Origin: Betaproteobacteria bacterium LSUCC0117
GTDB lineage: Bacteria; Pseudomonadota; Gammaproteobacteria; Burkholderiales; Burkholderiaceae_C
Direction: 5' to 3'
Assembly: GCA_030441535.1 (NCBI GenBank)
Contig: JAUJFZ010000002.1
Span: forward strand, 429,652 to 461,651
DNA: 32,000 bases
The notes below the pieces were generated by a model that did no database searches, had not been told where the DNA came from, and was given only the letters and a program-made list of their open reading frames with translations. A program made the position numbers and the translations under genes. Each line of letters begins with the position of its first letter. The stretch's first letter is position 1. Below, piece by piece: positions 28,504-32,000 of the stretch.

Positions 28504-28944
28504 ATGACAGCAACACTTGGCAGCTTAAAGCTCACAGCAGCGCAAAAGCCCTCGCACATCACGCCTATTCAGCAGCGTCGCAACAAGCTCGCAAAGCGTT
28601 TGTGGGAGCAAGCAGAGCTTGCGAAGGCAAAGGTGGAAGGAAACACATTTGCACCAACCAAGTTTCGAACAGTCACAGACAGCAGTGGTGTGCGAAAGCA
28701 AGTGGAGGTGACTAAGCGTGTGAAGGCTTGGTGGTTTACATCAGAAAACGGCAAGCTATCGCTATCTGTGCGCTATGGCAGCAAGCTGATTGAGCTTGGC
28801 AAGGGCAAGTGGGCAGTTGAGGTGCCGAGTGAGAAAGAGCTGGCGCCAACGCTTGAGCTACTCAAAGCAGCAGTACTTGAGGGAGAGCTTGATGCCGCGA
28901 TTGAGGCGGCAGCTGCAAAGCTCAAAGAGGGCTTTGGACGTTAG
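28504..28944 (+). CDS. Hypothetical protein (146 aa)
   Basis: An ATG follows AAAGGAAG by 5 nt. The composition is plausible (MTATLGSLKL...AAIEAAAAKLKEGFGR). The hairpin motif follows. The longer ORF-track start at 28408 is rejected. Confidence 0.65.
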   Translation: MTATLGSLKLTAAQKPSHITPIQQRRNKLAKRLWEQAELAKAKVEGNTFAPTKFRTVTDSSGVRKQVEVTKRVKAWWFTSENGKLSLSVRYGSKLIELGKGKWAVEVPSEKELAPTLELLKAAVLEGELDAAIEAAAAKLKEGFGR

Positions 28945-28964
28945 GCGTGATGTGTGGGGAGAAA

Positions 28965-28995
28965 CATGCTGTTTATGAAAAAGCATGGTTTGTGC
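28965..28995 (+). repeat. Hairpin-motif family copy C (terminator-like)
   Basis: CATGCTGTTT-ATG-AAAAAGCATG pairs at 9 of 10 stem positions, followed by GTTTGTGC, 21 nt after the stop at 28944. Confidence 0.65.
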
Positions 28996-29038
28996 ATCAA
29001 GAAGTAAGCGAAAGGAGGTGTGCGTTGGTAAATACACG

Positions 29039-29305
29039 ATGCGATACAAAGAATTTAAACCTACTCAAGCCGCACCTAAGCAAACAGTTCCAAAGCCAAC
29101 AGCTAAGCCCAGTGCTGCTGCGCCTCCTCAAACACTTGCGCAAGCACGTATTGAGCACTTGGTGCAAAAGGTGCAGCAAGCCAAAGCTGAGTTGGACACA
29201 GAAGTTGCGGCGCAGCGTTTGGCGCAGCGCAGAAGGTTTGCAGCGAGTCAGCGTCGCAAGTTGCAGCGCAAGGCACTCGCAGCCGCTAGCCGCTCATCAA
29301 CGTAG
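29039..29305 (+). CDS. Small basic Pro/Ala/Gln-rich hypothetical protein (88 aa)
   Basis: MRYKEFKPTQAAPKQ...AELDTEVAAQRLAQRRRFAASQRRKLQRK looks helical and basic. The start is uncertain: AGGAGG at 29013-29018 is 20 nt from this ATG, but 6 nt from an out-of-frame TTG. Confidence 0.4.
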   Translation: MRYKEFKPTQAAPKQTVPKPTAKPSAAAPPQTLAQARIEHLVQKVQQAKAELDTEVAAQRLAQRRRFAASQRRKLQRKALAAASRSST

Positions 29306-29564
29306 CGCAGCGCATGCTTGTCGTTTAAAACGACAACGTCTAGCAACCCTCTCAAAACGTTGTAAAAAGCGTCAAATCTGTACGGTTGAGGCAAAGATTT
29401 GCTTGCACACAAATTCAGCGAGCAAACGCGAGGCTGGCATAGTGAAAATACTCTCAGCGCAATCGCCTCGCATGCACAGTCCTCCTAGCAATGCGTTGCA
29501 CACCGAAAATCAAAATGCACTTAAGTCATTGATTACGTTGCGCTCTTGGTGGGGTGGCAGAGCT

Positions 29565-29609
29565 CTCATAATCCTTTGGTCCACGGTTCAAGTCCGTGAC
29601 GTCCCACCA
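29565..29609 (+). repeat. Direct repeat copy 2: a tRNA 3'-half remnant (attR of element 1 and attL of element 2)
   Basis: It is a perfect 45-nt copy of 22483-22527. The upstream bases cannot form the D arm or the acceptor 5' strand, so it is not a functional tRNA. Confidence 0.9.
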
Positions 29610-29628
29610 TTTAATTCAACGACTTACG

Positions 29629-29662
29629 AGCCTCCAGTGTTAAAGCTGGGGGCTTTTTCTTT
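29629..29662 (+). terminator. Second copy of the tRNA-proximal hairpin terminator
   Basis: AGCCTCCAG-N8-CTGGGGGCT followed by TTTTTCTTT. It is homologous to 22547-22581. Confidence 0.55.
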
Positions 29663-29676
29663 GTGGGTGGCGACTA

Positions 29677-30927
29677 GTGGCAGCAGTGGCTCGCAGCGTG
29701 GCGCTGAGTGGACTTGTGAATTCGCAGCAGCTGTATCTGCGAGACGGCGAAGTGGTGTTGTACCGCAGACGCCACAGCTTGCAGTACCAATGCCGCTACA
29801 AACTAGCTGACGGCACGTGGTGCAGACGCAGCACAGCCAAATCAAGCCTAGAGCTAGCCGCACATGCAGCATGCGAGCTGTATGACGAAGCACGGTTTAG
29901 GCAGCGCCTTGGTTTAGCACACCGCGCACAGTCTGTTGCACACCTCGCAGAGCTAACAGCACGTGAGCTGAGACGGCAGATGGACTTGGGACACGGCAAA
30001 AGTGTCTACGGCAGTTATCTCAGCTGTATCGAGCGCTACTTCATCCCATTCTTCACACATCAGCACTTGGAGTCATTGACGCACACTGACATCACTGAGT
30101 TTGAGCTGTGGCGCAACAAGCAGATGCAAAAGCAGCCCAAAGCGTCAACCATACAGAACTTTGCCAGTGCTTGGAACAAGGTGATTGCCACAGCTGTAGA
30201 GCATGGCTACATCAGCGAGCGAGTGCCAGTACCACGCATGCAAGTCAAAGGCGCCAAAAGCCAACCCAGAGCAGCGTTCACAGCGTCAGAGCTAGCGCAG
30301 CTGCGCAGCTACATGGCAACGTGGGTGGAGGGCAGCAGCAAGGCAAACAAGTCCACAGAGTCCGAAATGCGGCACTTGCTGCGTGACTACATAGAGATGC
30401 TGCTGTTCACTGGCATGCGACATGGCACAGAAGCACTTGGCGTGCGTTGGAAGGATGTGTGTTGGCACACGCAAGATGGCAAGCGGTACTTACGCATATG
30501 GGTAAATGGCAAGACCGGGGGCAGATGGTTGATTGCCAAACATGCGGCTTTGGCGGTGCTCGAACGCTTGCATGCCAGACAAACAGCCCTTAACTCACAG
30601 TCGTTAGAAACGACATTGCTAGGCGAGGGCAATGACAAAGCAAACAAAGCTGCCAACCACCTCCTATTCACTTTCAGCAACGGCAACCAACCCACCTCGC
30701 TCAATGGTGCATTCAAGCGTTTGATGCGTGACAGTGGATTACTAAAGGATGCGAATGGGCAGAACAGAACGCTGTACAGCTTGCGCCACACCTACGCCAC
30801 GTTGGAGCTGTTGAGGGCAAGCACTGATATTCACACGCTAGCCAAGCAAATGGGCAACAGCGCAGCTGTCATAGAGCGGCACTATTCGAAATTGATGGCG
30901 ACGATGGCTGCGGAGAGGTTGGCATAA
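29677..30927 (+). CDS. int: Tyrosine-type site-specific integrase (element 2), paralog of 22605-23861
   Basis: It has the same catalytic signatures as the first integrase. It is colinear over about 410 aa with scattered, mostly conservative differences, and many DNA differences are synonymous. Confidence 0.9.
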   Translation: MAAVARSVALSGLVNSQQLYLRDGEVVLYRRRHSLQYQCRYKLADGTWCRRSTAKSSLELAAHAACELYDEARFRQRLGLAHRAQSVAHLAELTARELRRQMDLGHGKSVYGSYLSCIERYFIPFFTHQHLESLTHTDITEFELWRNKQMQKQPKASTIQNFASAWNKVIATAVEHGYISERVPVPRMQVKGAKSQPRAAFTASELAQLRSYMATWVEGSSKANKSTESEMRHLLRDYIEMLLFTGMRHGTEALGVRWKDVCWHTQDGKRYLRIWVNGKTGGRWLIAKHAALAVLERLHARQTALNSQSLETTLLGEGNDKANKAANHLLFTFSNGNQPTSLNGAFKRLMRDSGLLKDANGQNRTLYSLRHTYATLELLRASTDIHTLAKQMGNSAAVIERHYSKLMATMAAERLA

Positions 30928-30998
30928 AAGTGTTTGACAAAATTTATAAAAACTATAACGATGCACTGAAGTCAATAGAAATTAAGCGAGCAATACCA

Positions 30999-32000
30999 AT
31001 GAAATTAAAAGCATTCACACTACTCTCATTCGTAATGTTATTGGCAGGGTGTGAGACGATGCAAAACCTTGCGGCGGGGGATGGTAACTTAAGTTCCGCA
31101 GACAGGCAGGCGGCGGTTGCGATGGCAGATTTAACCGTGATGCGTTGCACTAAGGTTGTCACCCGTGGAGTTGAGACAGTTAGTAAGGGAAAAATAATAT
31201 CTAAAAACGCTGCAACCATTACTAGATTGTGGAAAGGTGGTGAATGGTACAGGGCAGAGTCACGCAGTGAAGGTATCACAGACTATGTGTACCTTAATGA
31301 AAATACGCAAGCGTTCATTTGCGGCGAAAAGAAGTGGAATACGTACCCCGAGTCACGATTAGTCGCGTTTATCGATGTATTGAATCCACGAAGTTCCGCT
31401 CGTGGCGTGATGCAAAACAGTTCAATCGAACGTCCGCGAGAAGTATTCACTGGAAGTAATGAAATTACAAAGAGAGATTTTAAAAAGTTGATTGACTTCT
31501 TCGGCGGATCATCGTCTTGTAATGTGCAAGCGATGTTAGGCAATTTAGACGAAGCATTGCTAATACGTTTAATCGGTGAAGACATCATCAAAAGTGGTAT
31601 CCCACGTACAGAAAATTTTTTACAAAAAAAATTTTACGAACATGCGTTACAAGGAAATTCGATACCGAATGCAGGGGACAAGGCTACATTGCAAAAAACG
31701 ATTCTCGGCGGAGCCTGTGTCACATCAAGTTTTGATTTCGATAGCAAAATTCTGCGGGAGTATTGGGCGCAGGATGTAAGAGTGCGGAGTCAATTACGCG
31801 TTGAGCTGCTACAAGATCGAGTTACGTACAGGCAAATCATGACTCGTATCACCGAGGCGCAAAAAATGTCACCGCAGATTGAGTCCGAATTAGCAGCGGC
31901 TATGCAAAAGAATCCTGAATTGGCTAAGGAGCTCCTCGAGAAGATGGGTAGCATCACAGATTTTATGGGGGTGCTTCTGAAGAAATATGGCTTAAGCTAA
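30999..32000 (+). CDS. Lipoprotein of unknown function
   Basis: The internal start MKLKAFTLLSFVMLLAGC gives a signal peptide plus lipobox. The gene is AT-rich, and the stop TAA is the last codon of the window. The upstream 23 codons in the ORF track are rejected. Confidence 0.7.
   Translation: MKLKAFTLLSFVMLLAGCETMQNLAAGDGNLSSADRQAAVAMADLTVMRCTKVVTRGVETVSKGKIISKNAATITRLWKGGEWYRAESRSEGITDYVYLNENTQAFICGEKKWNTYPESRLVAFIDVLNPRSSARGVMQNSSIERPREVFTGSNEITKRDFKKLIDFFGGSSSCNVQAMLGNLDEALLIRLIGEDIIKSGIPRTENFLQKKFYEHALQGNSIPNAGDKATLQKTILGGACVTSSFDFDSKILREYWAQDVRVRSQLRVELLQDRVTYRQIMTRITEAQKMSPQIESELAAAMQKNPELAKELLEKMGSITDFMGVLLKKYGLS

Larger units (their letters stand above)
22483..29609 (+). mobile_element. 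Integrative genomic island 1 (about 7.1 kb) inserted in the 3' half of tRNA(CAT)
   Basis: It is bounded by perfect 45-nt direct repeats derived from the tRNA. An integrase gene lies adjacent to the tRNA. Base composition is visibly AT-richer than the flanking core, and the content is hypothetical genes. Confidence 0.85.
29565..32000 (+). mobile_element. Integrative genomic island 2 (partial; continues beyond the window)
   Basis: It starts with the tRNA-derived repeat and a paralogous integrase, followed by an AT-rich lipoprotein gene. No right-hand repeat lies within the window. Confidence 0.8.

Noticed and set aside
29557-29609. A second tRNA gene.
   Set aside because: Only the anticodon loop to the 3' end is present. 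The upstream sequence cannot form the acceptor 5' strand, the D arm or the anticodon stem (GAGCT against TCCTT mismatches). It is an att remnant.
28947-29810. A 287-aa ORF spans the right end of element 1, the tRNA-derived repeat and the start of int2. It includes an attractive TTG start 6 nt after AGGAGG.
   Set aside because: Its translation is Cys/Arg/Ser/Lys-rich and not protein-like. It reads straight through the tRNA fragment, the terminator hairpin and, out of frame, the integrase 5' end. The alternative frame (29039-29305) looks more like a real small protein.
23858-32000. Known anti-phage defence systems, toxin-antitoxin pairs, restriction-modification, retron/RT or Abi genes in the island cargo.
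   Set aside because: No nuclease, helicase/ATPase, methyltransferase, reverse transcriptase, TIR/SIR2, kinase or classic TA motifs are visible in any cargo ORF. Any defence role is purely hypothetical and is stated only as such in the findings.

Overview
The window reads as a betaproteobacterial (Burkholderiales-like) chromosome segment. That assignment is an inference from gene content and order (TPR-lolB-ispE-tRNA-Gln-prs-rplY-pth, hrcA<>nadK-recN) and from GC that looks high by eye.

Positions 1-22.4 kb are densely packed, syntenic housekeeping genes: H-NS-like, HAD hydrolase, Rieske protein, sppA, galU, an orphan ParA/MinD-like ATPase, rpoH, ftsY, rsmD, coaD, ferredoxin, pth, rplY, prs, tRNA-Gln, ispE, lolB, TPR protein, mutM, mutY, rapZ, recN, nadK, hrcA, a DMT transporter and a flavin reductase.

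The accessory part starts at 22,451, where a complete tRNA with a CAT anticodon is followed by two related integrative elements in tandem. The last 45 nt of the tRNA (22483-22527) recur perfectly at 29565-29609. Each copy is followed by the same hairpin terminator and a tyrosine integrase; the two integrases look more than 90% identical by eye. Similarity stops abruptly right after the integrase stop, and a different, visibly AT-richer gene for an exported protein follows.

Element 1 (about 7.1 kb, fully contained) carries:
- the integrase;
- a secreted protein with an 18-bp tandem-repeat Ala/Glu/Arg/Lys helix;
- a zinc-ribbon membrane protein and a charged hypothetical protein;
- a 190-aa, catalytic-domain-only tyrosine recombinase (FimB/FimE size);
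- about 0.7 kb with no convincing ORF but many hairpins and iteron-like repeats;
- a divergent pair of small ORFs and one more small ORF.

I recognise no relaxase, replication, packaging, nuclease, methylase, RT or toxin-antitoxin genes in it. A roughly 30-nt hairpin motif occurs three times in element 1, in alternating orientation. Element 2 runs off the window after its integrase and a lipoprotein gene.

Other points worth a look: a near-consensus CIRCE operator in the rpoH leader, with hrcA in the same window; a MinD-like C-terminal amphipathic tail on the orphan ParA-like ATPase; and translationally coupled mutM-mutY and nadK-recN-rapZ. No CRISPR array, rRNA or IS element was seen.

All functional calls come from motif and sequence recognition by eye. 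No database search was possible.
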